Source of the DNA: a virus
DNA: 64,000 nt
Reading direction: 5' to 3' (one strand)
Virus record (IMG/VR): IMGVR_UViG_3300034407_001956
Location: 30,370-94,369 of that record
Part shown: piece by piece, positions 47,704 through 58,144 of the stretch
Layout of the letters: each line of letters starts with the position of its first letter
Numbering within the stretch: the stretch's first letter is position 1
Notes under the pieces: model-generated
Told to the model about the DNA's origin: nothing
The model's database searches: none
Seen by the model: only the letters and a program-made list of their open reading frames with translations
Made by a program: the position numbers and the translations under genes

Positions 47704-49803
47704 ATGAAGAAGATAAAAAACTTTAATCCAATGGCTCTCAGAGAGAAATACTCTGTGGGTTCTTCTAATAAAAAAAATAACTACTCTTCTTTTTGGTTGG
47801 ATAATGATTGGGATAATAACTCTTCAATCTTTGATGACGAAACAGATAAAAAGAAAGGTGTTGATTTAGTTGCTTTGGCTTCTTATAGAAGAGCCATTAG
47901 TAACTTTGTTTCTATTGTGACTGGTGAATCAGACATCAAAGTGACTTTCAAATCTAGTGGAGATAGTTATACTGATGGTAAGGCTGTCACTATCTCATCT
48001 AAATTAGATGACAAATTATTTGATTCTACTGTTGGTTTGGCTCTTCACGAAGGTAGTCACATTAAACTATCAGACTTTGATTTTCTAAAACAACTCTCCA
48101 ATAACATTCCACAGGAATATATTAAGAGGGCTGAGGTTTTTGGTTGGGATGCTTATGATGTAAAAGAAAAACTTAAAAACTTATTGAACTATGTAGAAGA
48201 TAGAAGAATTGATTATTTTGTCTTTTCAAATTCACCTGGTTATAAAGGTTATTATCATTCAATGTATGATAAGTATTTTCATTCAAAGATTATTGATAAG
48301 GCTCTTCAAACTGATGAATATACAGATAAAGATTGGGATTCATACATTTTCAGAATTATCAATCTCACTAATAAGAATTCTAACTTAGATGCTTTACCAG
48401 GTCTCAGAGAAATCAAAAATCTTATCTTCAGAAATGTAAAAAGTTTAGAATCTACTTCAGATGCTTTTGGTGTCGCACTTAAAGTATTTCACATTCTATT
48501 AGATAATTTAGATGTACCGGCTTCTAATCAATCAGAAAATGGTGATGGTGAAGAGTCTGAAGATGGTGAAAATGTTGAAGGTGGTGAGGGTTCTGGTGGT
48601 GCTGGTGGTGATGAAGGTTCTGAAACAATCTCAGATGAAGAGTTTAATGAGTCTTTAGAAAATGGTGTTGGTTCAGGTGATGGAGATGATTCTAAATCTA
48701 AGGTTGAACTTTCAGATGCTCAGAAAAAACAACTTCAAAATGCCATCAAAAAGCAAGATAAGTTTATGAATGGAGATATTCAGAAAAAGCAATTGACTAA
48801 AAAAGATAAAGCTTCGATGGATTCAGTTGAGTCTGCCGGAATGAGTTATGTTGATGTTGCTGGTGCTACTAATCGTTGGACTGGTAAAAAAGTTCCTACT
48901 AAAGTTTTGATGGTAAAGAAATTTACTAAAGCTCTGGCTGAGTCTGATACAATTGGTATGATTGAAAATCCTAATTACAAATGGTCTAGAGAAGAGTACA
49001 AAGAAGCTATCGCTAAAGGTTTAGTGATGGGTACTATTTTAGGTAAGAAGCTTCAGGTTCGTGGAGAGTCTCGTGAGACTAAGTGGTCACGTTTGGATAG
49101 TGGTCGTATTGATAAGAGATTGGTTGCTGAGCTTGGGTTTGGTAATGAGAGAGTTTTCAAAACTACTTTTACTGAGTCTTACTCAGATGCTTTTCTTCAC
49201 ATTTCTATTGATGCTAGTGGTTCGATGGGTGGAGATAAGTGGACAAATACTCAGACTTCTGTTGCCGCCATCGCTAAGGCTTGTTCAATGATTAACAATG
49301 TTGATTTGGTTATTTCTTACAGAAGTACTCAAAGTGTCGGTAATGGTTACAGAAATAGAAATGAATCAAATCCATTGATGATGATTGCTTATGATTCCAG
49401 AGTTGATAAGATTTCAAAGATTAAGAATCTGTTTCCTCTACTTCGCCCATCAGGCACTACTCCTGAAGGATTGTGTTTTGAGGCTGTAATGAAAGAAATT
49501 GAAGTTGGTTCTAATGATAAAGATTCTTACTTCCTTAATTTTTCAGATGGAATGCCAATGTTTAGTAATAATGACATTGATTATTACCATGACACCGCTA
49601 TCGACCACACTTCTAAAATGATTAAAGAGATTCGTAGTCGTGGTGTTAAGGTTCTAAGTTACTTCATCGGAGATGGTTATGACAGAGAAAATTCTACTTC
49701 AACTTTCAAAAAAATGTATGGTAATGGTGCTGCTTTTGTCGATGTGACTTCGGTATTGGCTGTGGCTAAGACAATGAACAAATTGTTTTTGGAGAAAAAC
49801 TAA
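47704..49803 (+). CDS. VWA-domain protein with N-terminal HExxH domain (CobT-like)
   Basis: ALHEGSH, NYVEDRRID, acidic Gly-rich linker, IDASGSMG MIDAS, GTTPE, SDGMP. Confidence 0.85.
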   Translation: MKKIKNFNPMALREKYSVGSSNKKNNYSSFWLDNDWDNNSSIFDDETDKKKGVDLVALASYRRAISNFVSIVTGESDIKVTFKSSGDSYTDGKAVTISSKLDDKLFDSTVGLALHEGSHIKLSDFDFLKQLSNNIPQEYIKRAEVFGWDAYDVKEKLKNLLNYVEDRRIDYFVFSNSPGYKGYYHSMYDKYFHSKIIDKALQTDEYTDKDWDSYIFRIINLTNKNSNLDALPGLREIKNLIFRNVKSLESTSDAFGVALKVFHILLDNLDVPASNQSENGDGEESEDGENVEGGEGSGGAGGDEGSETISDEEFNESLENGVGSGDGDDSKSKVELSDAQKKQLQNAIKKQDKFMNGDIQKKQLTKKDKASMDSVESAGMSYVDVAGATNRWTGKKVPTKVLMVKKFTKALAESDTIGMIENPNYKWSREEYKEAIAKGLVMGTILGKKLQVRGESRETKWSRLDSGRIDKRLVAELGFGNERVFKTTFTESYSDAFLHISIDASGSMGGDKWTNTQTSVAAIAKACSMINNVDLVISYRSTQSVGNGYRNRNESNPLMMIAYDSRVDKISKIKNLFPLLRPSGTTPEGLCFEAVMKEIEVGSNDKDSYFLNFSDGMPMFSNNDIDYYHDTAIDHTSKMIKEIRSRGVKVLSYFIGDGYDRENSTSTFKKMYGNGAAFVDVTSVLAVAKTMNKLFLEKN

Positions 49804-49924
49804 TGGAAAGTAAAATCAAAAACCTAATAAGAGAGCATGTAAAAAATATGCGAAGAAGTTATTGGTGGTTAGGCGAAAACGAAGATGTGGTTAAAAAAAT
49901 AATGAAAATAATTAAAGAAAAGGC

Positions 49925-49954
49925 TTGACTCGTATTGCATTTTATGTGTATTAT
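49925..49954 (+). promoter_or_regulatory. phage early-type promoter
   Basis: TTGACTCGTATTGCA...TATTAT. Confidence 0.75.
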
Positions 49955-50013
49955 TAGGTGTAATGAGAGAGACAAAAATTAACAATTCAAATCAAATAAA
50001 AGGAAAAAAAGAT

Positions 50014-51171
50014 ATGAATAAATCTGTAATCGTAAAAGTAGAGATGTCGGGCAATCGTTATAATGCCTTCGACAAAGATGGTGTGAAATACACATCAGCT
50101 ATGGGAACAGGCACTCGTAAGAGAGCTTACCAACAGGGTATGGCTTTGGAACGTAGGGTTGATAAAAATGGTAGGAATTTTTGGTGGAAAGTTCCAATGT
50201 CAGAATTTGAGGCTACTTGTGCTCCTGTCATTGATGTTTCATCAGTTGATATTCCTACAGAACATGCTGAGGTTCTTAACTTCATTCACTCTTCTTATGG
50301 TTTAAAACCGCAAGGTTTGGTTATGAAAGAGCTGAAGTGGAAGTATCTGATTCGTTCAGCTGTTCGTGGTAAGAATATTTTGATGACAGGTCCTGCCGGA
50401 TGTGGAAAAACTATGGCGGCTAAGTCATTGGTTAATTCACTTGATAGGCCTGATTACTACTTCAATTTAGGTGCGACACAAGATCCTCGTGCCACTCTGA
50501 TTGGTAATACTCACTTTGATAAAAAGAAGGGTACTTACTTTTCTGAGGCTTTGTTTGTAAAAGCTATTCAAACTCCTAACGCTGTTATTTTGTTAGATGA
50601 GTTGAGTCGGGCTCATCCTGATGCTTGGAATATTTTGATGACTGTCTTAGATAGTGGTCAGAGATATTTGAGACTTGATGAGGGTGAAGGTCAAGAAACT
50701 ATCAATGTGGCTGAAGGTGTGACTTTCGTTGCCACCGCTAATGTGGGTAATGAATACACTTCTACCAGAGTTATGGATAAGGCTTTGATGGATAGATTCA
50801 TTATCGTAGAAATGGATGTTTTGACTTCTGATGAAGAACATGGCTTACTGAATTATATGTTTCCGCATGTTGATTCAGACTTACTAAAGTCTGTTGCTGA
50901 GATTGCTTCTTCAACTCGTAATGAGTCAAAGTCTGAAGCTGGTAGATTGTCGGGTGGTATTTCAACCAGAACTTCGGTTGAGATTGCTGGACTTCTCTTT
51001 GATGGTTTCGGATTAGATGAGGCGGCTGAAGTGACTGTCTATCCTCAGTTTTCTGATGATGGTGGGCTTGAGTCTGAAAGAACTTATGTGAAGCAGCTTG
51101 TTCAAAAGTATGTTTCTGATGGTTCTTCTGATGACTTGTTCAATGAAGATGAAGTTGAGAACGCTAACTAA
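50014..51171 (+). CDS. MoxR/CobS-like AAA+ ATPase
   Basis: GPAGCGKT, LLDELSRA, ATAN, ALMDRF, ISTR. Confidence 0.9.
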   Translation: MNKSVIVKVEMSGNRYNAFDKDGVKYTSAMGTGTRKRAYQQGMALERRVDKNGRNFWWKVPMSEFEATCAPVIDVSSVDIPTEHAEVLNFIHSSYGLKPQGLVMKELKWKYLIRSAVRGKNILMTGPAGCGKTMAAKSLVNSLDRPDYYFNLGATQDPRATLIGNTHFDKKKGTYFSEALFVKAIQTPNAVILLDELSRAHPDAWNILMTVLDSGQRYLRLDEGEGQETINVAEGVTFVATANVGNEYTSTRVMDKALMDRFIIVEMDVLTSDEEHGLLNYMFPHVDSDLLKSVAEIASSTRNESKSEAGRLSGGISTRTSVEIAGLLFDGFGLDEAAEVTVYPQFSDDGGLESERTYVKQLVQKYVSDGSSDDLFNEDEVENAN

Positions 51172-51186
51172 GTTTCTCTCTGTGAA

Positions 51187-51265
51187 TGTCTGCTCCTACT
51201 AAGAGGGGCGGACATCAAACGGGTGGCTGGTTTTAATTCCTTTCTCCGGCCACCCAATTTTTTTA
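51187..51265 (+). terminator. double hairpin / intrinsic terminator
   Basis: TGTCTGCTCCT/AGGGGCGGACA and GGGTGGCTGG/CCGGCCACCC followed by a T-run. Confidence 0.7.
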
Positions 51266-51311
51266 TCTGAAAGGTTTGAAGATTTTTAAATAAAAACAAA
51301 CAGGAGTAAAT

Positions 51312-51599
51312 ATGGAACAAAGTAAAATAGGTGATTTTGAAAACTTTATAATTATGGCAACTAAAACATCAGGACTATCCACAAGTTATAGTACATTTTT
51401 AGATTATAAAACAGTAAGAACATTTTTAAAGAAAATAGCGTCTACGCCAGATAATGATACTTTTTTATATGAGAAAACTATTTATAGTAAGAAGATTACA
51501 ACCGCAGATGCTAATAACATATTAACTAAATTAGATAGAAATGTTTATGATTCAAGAATGAGATTATTAGCTACGCAACTAAATATTAGATTACGATAG
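51312..51599 (+). CDS. hypothetical protein
   Basis: AGGAG RBS. Confidence 0.55.
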   Translation: MEQSKIGDFENFIIMATKTSGLSTSYSTFLDYKTVRTFLKKIASTPDNDTFLYEKTIYSKKITTADANNILTKLDRNVYDSRMRLLATQLNIRLR

Positions 51600-51609
51600 G
51601 AGAAAGCTA

Positions 51610-52107
51610 ATGGCTAAAAAACCAGCATCATTTGAGTACAATGGTACTTTAGATAGAGTTTTAGATGGAGACACAATCGATTGTTATATTGATTTAGGTT
51701 TTGATTTGAAGATTAAAAAAAGAATCAGATACATGGGTATTGATACTTGGGAATCAAGAACAAGAGATTTAGACGAGAAGAAGAAAGGTTTAGCTGCTAA
51801 AGCTAGAAACAAAGAATTATTAGAAGCTGGTGTGTTTAAGATTGTATCTCACGGAACTGGTAAATTTGGTAGGGTTCTCGGAGAGATTTTTGTATCACCT
51901 GATTCTGTAGGTCACGAAATTGCAGAAAATGTTGATAGGTCTGTAGATGGACTAGTTAGTATAAATGACATACTGATTAATGAAGGGCATGCTTATGAAT
52001 ATGATGGTGGAAAGAAAAAAGCATTTGTAGCTGAGATAGCTAAAGAGAAAGCAGCTAAGAAAGAAGATTTAGTTGATAAACCAGCTGAAGAAAATCAAGA
52101 AGAATAA
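51610..52107 (+). CDS. thermonuclease (SNase) family nuclease
   Basis: RVLDGDT, IRYMGIDTWE, GKFGRVLG, EGHA. Confidence 0.9.
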   Translation: MAKKPASFEYNGTLDRVLDGDTIDCYIDLGFDLKIKKRIRYMGIDTWESRTRDLDEKKKGLAAKARNKELLEAGVFKIVSHGTGKFGRVLGEIFVSPDSVGHEIAENVDRSVDGLVSINDILINEGHAYEYDGGKKKAFVAEIAKEKAAKKEDLVDKPAEENQEE

Positions 52108-52125
52108 AATAACTCAGGAGGTTAT

Positions 52126-52308
52126 ATGAGTAAAAAGAAAGATAGTGGTCAGTGGAATCACTATAAAAAGTGGACTACCAGTGAGGGTTACACATTTATG
52201 GCATTGAATGAATCAGATGCTATGGAGTATTTGAGTGTAATGCCAAAACATATGGGAGATGCTAAAAAGTTACAGGAGGTTAAAGATGAAAAGTCAAATG
52301 GCAAGTAG
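52126..52308 (+). CDS. hypothetical protein
   Basis: AGGAGG RBS. Confidence 0.55.
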   Translation: MSKKKDSGQWNHYKKWTTSEGYTFMALNESDAMEYLSVMPKHMGDAKKLQEVKDEKSNGK

Positions 52309-52486
52309 GCAGGCAGAATCTTTGACTATGGATTTAGCAAAGATAAAAACCGCTATATCAGAATTAACAAATGTTGTTAATGAGATTAAAACTCAATTAG
52401 GTGTTGTAAACAAAAACACAAATCAATTAGAGTTAAATCTACCCAATGTAACAACAACCTTAGATTACCACGAAGAAGAACAATGA
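52286..52486 (+). CDS. hypothetical coiled-coil protein
   Basis: AGGAGG RBS before ATG 52286. Confidence 0.5.
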   Translation: MKSQMASRQAESLTMDLAKIKTAISELTNVVNEIKTQLGVVNKNTNQLELNLPNVTTTLDYHEEEQ

Positions 52487-52696
52487 AAAAAGAACGTACA
52501 AGATACAAAGTTCTAAATACAGTAACTACTGTAAATGGAACTTTGTATGCTAAAGAGGCTGTTTTCGTTGAGAATGTAGAAGCGAATGGTGATTGGAGAG
52601 TTAAAGATACTATGGGCAGAATTTGGTTTGTTAAGAAAGAGAATTTAAAATAATATTTAGTTCTTCATATATTTATTGTTATATTGGAGAATTTTT

Positions 52697-53008
52697 ATGG
52701 AAAACAAAAAAGCCTTAGAAGCTTGTAATTGTAATTGCAAAGAAAAAAAAGTTGAAAAGAAACCAGACTTACCAACAGGTCCTGATTTATATTTGGGCGG
52801 AGATGGTTTGCCTGATTGGATGCAATTTACCATTACTGCTGGTATGTTTGCTATATTGTACTGGGTATTATATTTACTATTTCATCCTACCTTAGAATTG
52901 GATGAAACTCATAGAGATTTGTTGAACATTATATTAGGTACATTTATTGCTACTTTTGGTAAGACAATAGACTTTTGGTTTAGACACTCTAAGAAGAAGG
53001 AGAAATAA
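52697..53008 (+). CDS. putative holin (2 TM)
   Basis: Two TMs and a basic C-terminus, immediately upstream of the endolysin. Confidence 0.55.
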   Translation: MENKKALEACNCNCKEKKVEKKPDLPTGPDLYLGGDGLPDWMQFTITAGMFAILYWVLYLLFHPTLELDETHRDLLNIILGTFIATFGKTIDFWFRHSKKKEK

Positions 53009-53010
53009 TA

Positions 53011-53487
53011 ATGTTAGTTGAATTTGATGATATTATAGAAGTAGTATTACACCACGAAGGTGGATATGTAAACGATCCTGACGATCCGGGCGGAGAGACT
53101 AATTTTGGCATAGCTAAACGTAGTCATCCCGATGTGGATATTGCCAACTTAACAAAAGATGGTGCTAAAGAAATTTATAAAGAACATTATTGGGATAAGA
53201 ACAAAGTAGAATCCCTTTCAGAAGAATTAAGACATATATATTTTGATATGTGTGTAAACCAAGGTAGAGGCAGAGCCGTTAAGATTCTACAACGTGCTGC
53301 AAATGCAAAAGGAGCTGGACTTAAAGTAGATGGTGGAATGGGCCCGATGACTATAGCCGCTATGGATGGAGTAGAGTTAGATAGAGTTAGAGCTTACAGA
53401 ATTAAATACTATGCTGATTTAGTTACTCGTAAACCAGACTTAGAAAAGTTCTACTTTGGTTGGTTTAGAAGAGGTTTAGAGGTATAA
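53011..53487 (+). CDS. GH108 endolysin
   Basis: HEGGYVNDPDDPGGETNFGI, FDMCVNQG, DGGMGPMT, GWFRR. Confidence 0.92.
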   Translation: MLVEFDDIIEVVLHHEGGYVNDPDDPGGETNFGIAKRSHPDVDIANLTKDGAKEIYKEHYWDKNKVESLSEELRHIYFDMCVNQGRGRAVKILQRAANAKGAGLKVDGGMGPMTIAAMDGVELDRVRAYRIKYYADLVTRKPDLEKFYFGWFRRGLEV

Positions 53488-53612
53488 AAAAAGTTTAAAA
53501 TAAATTACGTTTTTATTAATTTTCTTTATATATATATTATAGAAGTTACTAATGTCGCTCAAAAGAGGACATTGGTGTTTGACTAAATAGTAAACAAAAT
53601 AGGAGAAACCTA

Positions 53613-54086
53613 ATGACTAAAGTAATAGTACGCAATCCATTTCCTGTAATCGACAGGGATTCTTTTTTAACACCATTTGATAAAATGTTCGACCAAATTG
53701 TCGAATCATCTTTTCCCGATGTAACAAAATCGGTTGGAGTTAAACCATTTCAAGGAACAGCATATCCAAAAGTAAATGTATATGAATACGATGATAAGAT
53801 TGGAATCATATCAGAGATTCCTGGTTTAGATAAGAAGCAGCTCAATGTAGAAGTTGAAGAGGGCATATTAACCATTAGTGGCGATAAGCACGGAATCGAT
53901 GGTGAAGATGGCGCTAAAGTACTTCGTAGAGAGTTAAAAGCATCTTCATTCAAACGTTCATTTGAACTTGGTGATTTATTAGATGGAGAAAACATTTCAG
54001 CTAATTTTAAAGATGGAATTCTCTCTGTTTCTATTCCTAAAATAGAACCAAAAAAGCCGACAAAGCACAGCGTCAAAATAAAATAG
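53613..54086 (+). CDS. small heat-shock protein Hsp20
   Basis: PKVNVYE, EIPG, ILTISG, FKRSF, ANFKDGILSVSIPK. Confidence 0.95.
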   Translation: MTKVIVRNPFPVIDRDSFLTPFDKMFDQIVESSFPDVTKSVGVKPFQGTAYPKVNVYEYDDKIGIISEIPGLDKKQLNVEVEEGILTISGDKHGIDGEDGAKVLRRELKASSFKRSFELGDLLDGENISANFKDGILSVSIPKIEPKKPTKHSVKIK

Positions 54087-54272
54087 ATGCAAAAACGCAT
54101 CAATGTAAATGATGACGTGTTCGTAGTTCTTGGAACAGTGTCGGTAAATAAAGGTTATTCGCCAGATAAACTCAAAAGTATGTGGAGATTAGCCGATGCT
54201 GTTCTCAGGAACAACAATGATTATTATATATGTATGAAGTGTTTAGAAGCCGAATTTGAAGATATAAATTAG
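54087..54272 (+). CDS. hypothetical protein
   Basis: ORF only. Confidence 0.5.
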   Translation: MQKRINVNDDVFVVLGTVSVNKGYSPDKLKSMWRLADAVLRNNNDYYICMKCLEAEFEDIN

Positions 54273-54309
54273 GTTTTGAATATTTATTATAAATAAATAG
54301 GAGAAACTC

Positions 54310-55290
54310 GTGTTTGAACAATCTAAATCGTTTAATAAGTTAGTGGGATTTTCAGCTCTATCAATAGCTGGGAGCGCTGCTTTCTTTTCAGTATTTGGTT
54401 TATCAAAGCTATTTGCTGGAGCACAATTTGCTGTTATTATAATGGCTGGTTCATTAGAGTTTGGTAAATTAGTAGCTGCTTCATTTCTATATAGATATTG
54501 GGATAAAATAAATCTAGCACATAGAACCTATATGACAATAGCAGTTGTTACTCTCGTATTAATCACATCCGCCGGTATATTTGGATTTCTATCCAACGCA
54601 TACCAAGGTGCTACAGTAGGTTTTGAGAAAGAATCTACTGCTTTAATTTATAAACAAGACAGGCTAGACCAGTTAGAAGAAGATAAAGTATACTTAAAAG
54701 AGGAGTTAGATGCTGCTGTAAAAGAACTACCTGAAAACTATCGTACTGCTCGTAGAAAACTTAGAGAAGAATATCAACCTAAGATAAATCAAATCAATAC
54801 TGATATGATGGATTTGAAGGCTGAAATTGGAGATTTGAAGATAGCATTAGTAGAGACAGGAGTTGAAGTAGGACCTGCTATTTATTTAGCTAGGGTATTC
54901 AATTCAGATGTCGATACAGTTGTGAAATTCTTTATTTTTGTTCTTATCTTTGTATTCGATCCAATGGCAGTTTTATTTGTAATAAGTTACAATGTAACTC
55001 TGTTAAATGATAAAGAAGAACCTACCAAAAAGAAAGAAAAAAATAAAAAGTGGTGGGAAGTATATGGAGAAAAAGCTGAAAGAAAAAAGAAAGAATGGAA
55101 AGACAACATAAAATCTACAGTTAGTAATGATGAAAGATTCAATGCAAAAGAAGAACCAATTGAATTAGAGGCTGACTCTGAGGATATTGCATCAATAGAA
55201 GGATCTAAAAAAGATTTAGAAGCTAACTTAGTTGATCCACCACCTACTCAGAGATTAGAAAAAGGTGGATTTAGTAGAAAAATGAGATAA
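54310..55290 (+). CDS. membrane coiled-coil phage protein
   Basis: AFFSVFGL...LEFGKLV...TSAGIFGFLS, coiled coil, FVFDPMAV. Confidence 0.7.
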   Translation: MFEQSKSFNKLVGFSALSIAGSAAFFSVFGLSKLFAGAQFAVIIMAGSLEFGKLVAASFLYRYWDKINLAHRTYMTIAVVTLVLITSAGIFGFLSNAYQGATVGFEKESTALIYKQDRLDQLEEDKVYLKEELDAAVKELPENYRTARRKLREEYQPKINQINTDMMDLKAEIGDLKIALVETGVEVGPAIYLARVFNSDVDTVVKFFIFVLIFVFDPMAVLFVISYNVTLLNDKEEPTKKKEKNKKWWEVYGEKAERKKKEWKDNIKSTVSNDERFNAKEEPIELEADSEDIASIEGSKKDLEANLVDPPPTQRLEKGGFSRKMR

Positions 55291-55297
55291 AAAAGTC

Positions 55298-55327
55298 TTG
55301 ACTTGTATTAGATTTTCTTATTATATT
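55298..55327 (+). promoter_or_regulatory. phage early-type promoter
   Basis: TTGACTTGTATT...TATATT. Confidence 0.7.
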
Positions 55328-55352
55328 TAGGTATAATACAGGGAAATAATAA

Positions 55353-55691
55353 ATGAATAATGAAAATAAAGTAATATATGATTCTTCGATAAGTAAATTA
55401 TTGGAAAACATTAAAGTGGATTACTCTAAATTTATGAGCAATCCAGAAATGGTTGAAAACTTTAACAATGGAGTTTCTGTTAAACCTGGTAGAAAGTTTG
55501 ACAAAGTTGTGCATGGTTCTTCAGTATGGGGATTCATCGCTAAAACAGATGGTGTACTAAAGGGTATTCCTTACTTTGTTGGAGATGTATTTAAAGCGGC
55601 TAGTTGGAGAGCTCCAGCTAAACACGTTAGAGGTACTATTTTTTCTTCTGAAACTAATTGGTTTAGTTGGACAGGACCAAGGTATTTATAG
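55353..55691 (+). CDS. conserved phage hypothetical protein
   Basis: GRKFDKV..SVWGFI..GDVFKAASWRAPAKHVRG..WTGPRYL. Confidence 0.7.
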   Translation: MNNENKVIYDSSISKLLENIKVDYSKFMSNPEMVENFNNGVSVKPGRKFDKVVHGSSVWGFIAKTDGVLKGIPYFVGDVFKAASWRAPAKHVRGTIFSSETNWFSWTGPRYL

Positions 55692-56134
55692 TGAATAAGT
55701 GGATTGAATTTAACAAAAAACAATTTGGAAGTAGAATTGTTGCTTTGGAAAATATAATCAAAACACAGGTAAGGGCTAGTGGTAAATCGGATCAATTTAC
55801 TTCCGATATGTTAGTGGCATTGAAGTCTGGTAGAAAGATTACTCATAAGATGGAAGCAGCCATAAATAGCATTGTAAAACGCAATTCGCCTGAGGAGATG
55901 AGTAAGAGAGTTAAATGGGTTGAATCGGTAGTTCCTAAAATGCTAATGGTTAATAATTTGATAGGAGATACTGATTGGTCTGATGGGTATAAACGTAGTA
56001 AAGAATATTTTTTAGGAAGTATTATGAAACAGGCTACAAATAATATGAGATTATCCAAAAAACAAATGGATGCTGTAAATGGAATTTACAAACAGGCTGT
56101 AAATAATATTAAAAAAAATAAAAATAAGTCTTGA
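55691..56134 (+). CDS. hypothetical protein
   Basis: GTG start overlapping the upstream stop. Confidence 0.55.
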   Translation: MNKWIEFNKKQFGSRIVALENIIKTQVRASGKSDQFTSDMLVALKSGRKITHKMEAAINSIVKRNSPEEMSKRVKWVESVVPKMLMVNNLIGDTDWSDGYKRSKEYFLGSIMKQATNNMRLSKKQMDAVNGIYKQAVNNIKKNKNKS

Positions 56135-56182
56135 CTTGTATTTATTTATTTCGTAACTTGTAATATCAATAAGGAGACAAAT

Positions 56183-56713
56183 ATGATTACTTTAGAAAAA
56201 GCTATAGCTGGAGTACTAGCGGTGACATTAGTAAATGGTTTTTTCTCAACCACTATGTTTAAAGAATATAAACAAATGTATTCAACTAAAATAGAGAGGT
56301 TGGAATCAGAAAATTCTTCATTAAGAGATGAACTATCTCATTATGATGAATATGGTATACAGGTAGATGTAACAATGTATCAACCTAATACTATTCAATG
56401 TGATGATACGCCAGATATTACTGCTGATGGAACTAAGATTCGTATCAGTAAAGCTTCAGATTATAAGTTTGTTGCTTTATCCCGTAACTTACTAAAAAGA
56501 TGGGGTGGGCCTTTTGACTATGGGGATTTTGTATTACTCAAAGGTACAAGCCACAAAGATGGTGTATATCAGGTAAGAGATACTATGAATCCTAAATGGG
56601 TAAATGTAGTAGATATTTTAGAATCAGAGCATGTAGAACCTTATAAGTATACGGATGCTCATATTTATAAATTGAATTGGTTAAACAAAGAAAAGGAAAT
56701 AACAAATGGCTAA
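56183..56713 (+). CDS. membrane-anchored 3D-domain (lytic-transglycosylase-like) protein
   Basis: VTMY..QCDDTPDITADG..VALSRNL..VRDTM..VDIL; promoter at 56131; start approximate. Confidence 0.8.
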   Translation: MITLEKAIAGVLAVTLVNGFFSTTMFKEYKQMYSTKIERLESENSSLRDELSHYDEYGIQVDVTMYQPNTIQCDDTPDITADGTKIRISKASDYKFVALSRNLLKRWGGPFDYGDFVLLKGTSHKDGVYQVRDTMNPKWVNVVDILESEHVEPYKYTDAHIYKLNWLNKEKEITNG

Positions 56714-57149
56714 AAATAAAAACACATTTGAAAAAAATGGTGGTTACTATATCGATGGTGTTGCCTATATGGACTGTAAAGTCACAGGTGAACCTGTTGC
56801 TAACGTAAGCACAGAAGCAGTATCCGTAATAGGCAGTAGGGCTGTGATGGGTAATATGCATAAATTGTTCCCCGATGTATCTAAACCGGCATACAAACCA
56901 ACAGGTCGTCCTGCTGGATGGCATTTTATGGCTGAGTTCGTAGATAAAGATGGTAATGTATTTCACAAAGGTAAAGAACAACCTAAGTTGAAAGGTACTC
57001 TTAAACCTACAAAAGTAGTGGCTAAGAAAAAAGCTAAACGAAGAACAAAAGAAGAGATACTTATTGCCAGAGACAGAGAGAAAAAAGCAGCTCTCAAAAA
57101 AGCAGTAAAGAAACAGAAGGATTTCATCAATCACAATTTCGGAGGTTAG
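56706..57149 (+). CDS. conserved basic phage protein
   Basis: GRPAGWHFMAEFVDKDGNVFHKGKEQPKLKG. Confidence 0.65.
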   Translation: MAKNKNTFEKNGGYYIDGVAYMDCKVTGEPVANVSTEAVSVIGSRAVMGNMHKLFPDVSKPAYKPTGRPAGWHFMAEFVDKDGNVFHKGKEQPKLKGTLKPTKVVAKKKAKRRTKEEILIARDREKKAALKKAVKKQKDFINHNFGG

Positions 57150-57446
57150 ATGGTAAAGATGACAAATATAGCGATGGATAGGGATTACTTTAAACAAAAA
57201 GGTAATCCCAACGCTAAGAAAGAAGCTCAGTATACTGAGTGTTGTGGAGAAGATGTAGATTACGATGGATTGAATATTAATGATAAGTCTGATTGGAAAT
57301 TAATTGAAAATCATATCGAAAGGCATTTGATTGAATATTCATCTGTCGAATCCGTAACTCCTGTGTCTTGTGAAGAGTGTGGTAGATTTTTAGAATACAA
57401 AGCAGTTATAAAAGATCCTAAAAGTAAAAAGGGCTGGTTTAAATAA
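57150..57446 (+). CDS. hypothetical zinc-binding protein
   Basis: ECC...CEECG. Confidence 0.5.
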   Translation: MVKMTNIAMDRDYFKQKGNPNAKKEAQYTECCGEDVDYDGLNINDKSDWKLIENHIERHLIEYSSVESVTPVSCEECGRFLEYKAVIKDPKSKKGWFK

Positions 57447-58144
57447 TGCATCAGACTTATACACCAGAGATTTCTAAGTCAGGCAATCCAAAAGGTAAAA
57501 TGCAAAAATTTCCATGGAAAAATAAAGTTATAAATTGTTTTAAAAATGATAATCCATTAATACAAAAGAAACTAAGAGAGGTGACAGTTGAAGAAGGATT
57601 GGAAATCGCAACAGAATTATTTCAGATACTTAACGAAAGAAAAGACGGCATTGGGTTGGCAGCTAATCAAGTGGGAATTGATGCACAAGTGGCCGTTGTC
57701 AATGTTCGTGAACCTTTGGTACTCATCAATCCGAAGATTGTATCGAAGGAAACTGAGATTCCTTTTTATGAGGGTTGTCTATCTTATCCAGGCAAAGGAG
57801 TACACACCAAACGATACGAAACAGTCCACATAGAAACTGCTCAATCTGAGAGTGGTTGGATTTTTAGTGGGGTTGATAGGGGAGAATCTGGCAAAGGTAG
57901 TTGGGAAGATGATGAAATTGAAGAGGATAGAGCAGTTAGAACTTTAGAGGCTGTTTGTATTCAACACGAAATAGACCACTTAAATGGTGTACGAATTATG
58001 GATAGAGTGAGAAATACTACTGTTAAATCTGAAAAGAAAATTGGTCGTAATCAATTGGTTACAATTAAAAAGGGTGATGCAGTTAAAGTATTAAAATACA
58101 AAAAAGCACAGAAGTTTTTAAATGATGGTTGGGATGTTACATAG
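57446..58144 (+). CDS. def: peptide deformylase
   Basis: GIGLAANQVG, EGCLS, QHEIDHLNG. Confidence 0.95.
   Translation: MHQTYTPEISKSGNPKGKMQKFPWKNKVINCFKNDNPLIQKKLREVTVEEGLEIATELFQILNERKDGIGLAANQVGIDAQVAVVNVREPLVLINPKIVSKETEIPFYEGCLSYPGKGVHTKRYETVHIETAQSESGWIFSGVDRGESGKGSWEDDEIEEDRAVRTLEAVCIQHEIDHLNGVRIMDRVRNTTVKSEKKIGRNQLVTIKKGDAVKVLKYKKAQKFLNDGWDVT

Noticed and set aside
47704-51171. Cobalamin biosynthesis (cobS/cobT)
   Set aside because: No cobN or other cob genes are present; a generic MoxR-VWA pair is more likely.
53551-53573. CIRCE operator before hsp20
   Set aside because: The hairpin AATGTCGCTC-AAAA-GAGGACATT does not match TTAGCACTC-N9-GAGTGCTAA; it is probably just a 5' UTR stem.
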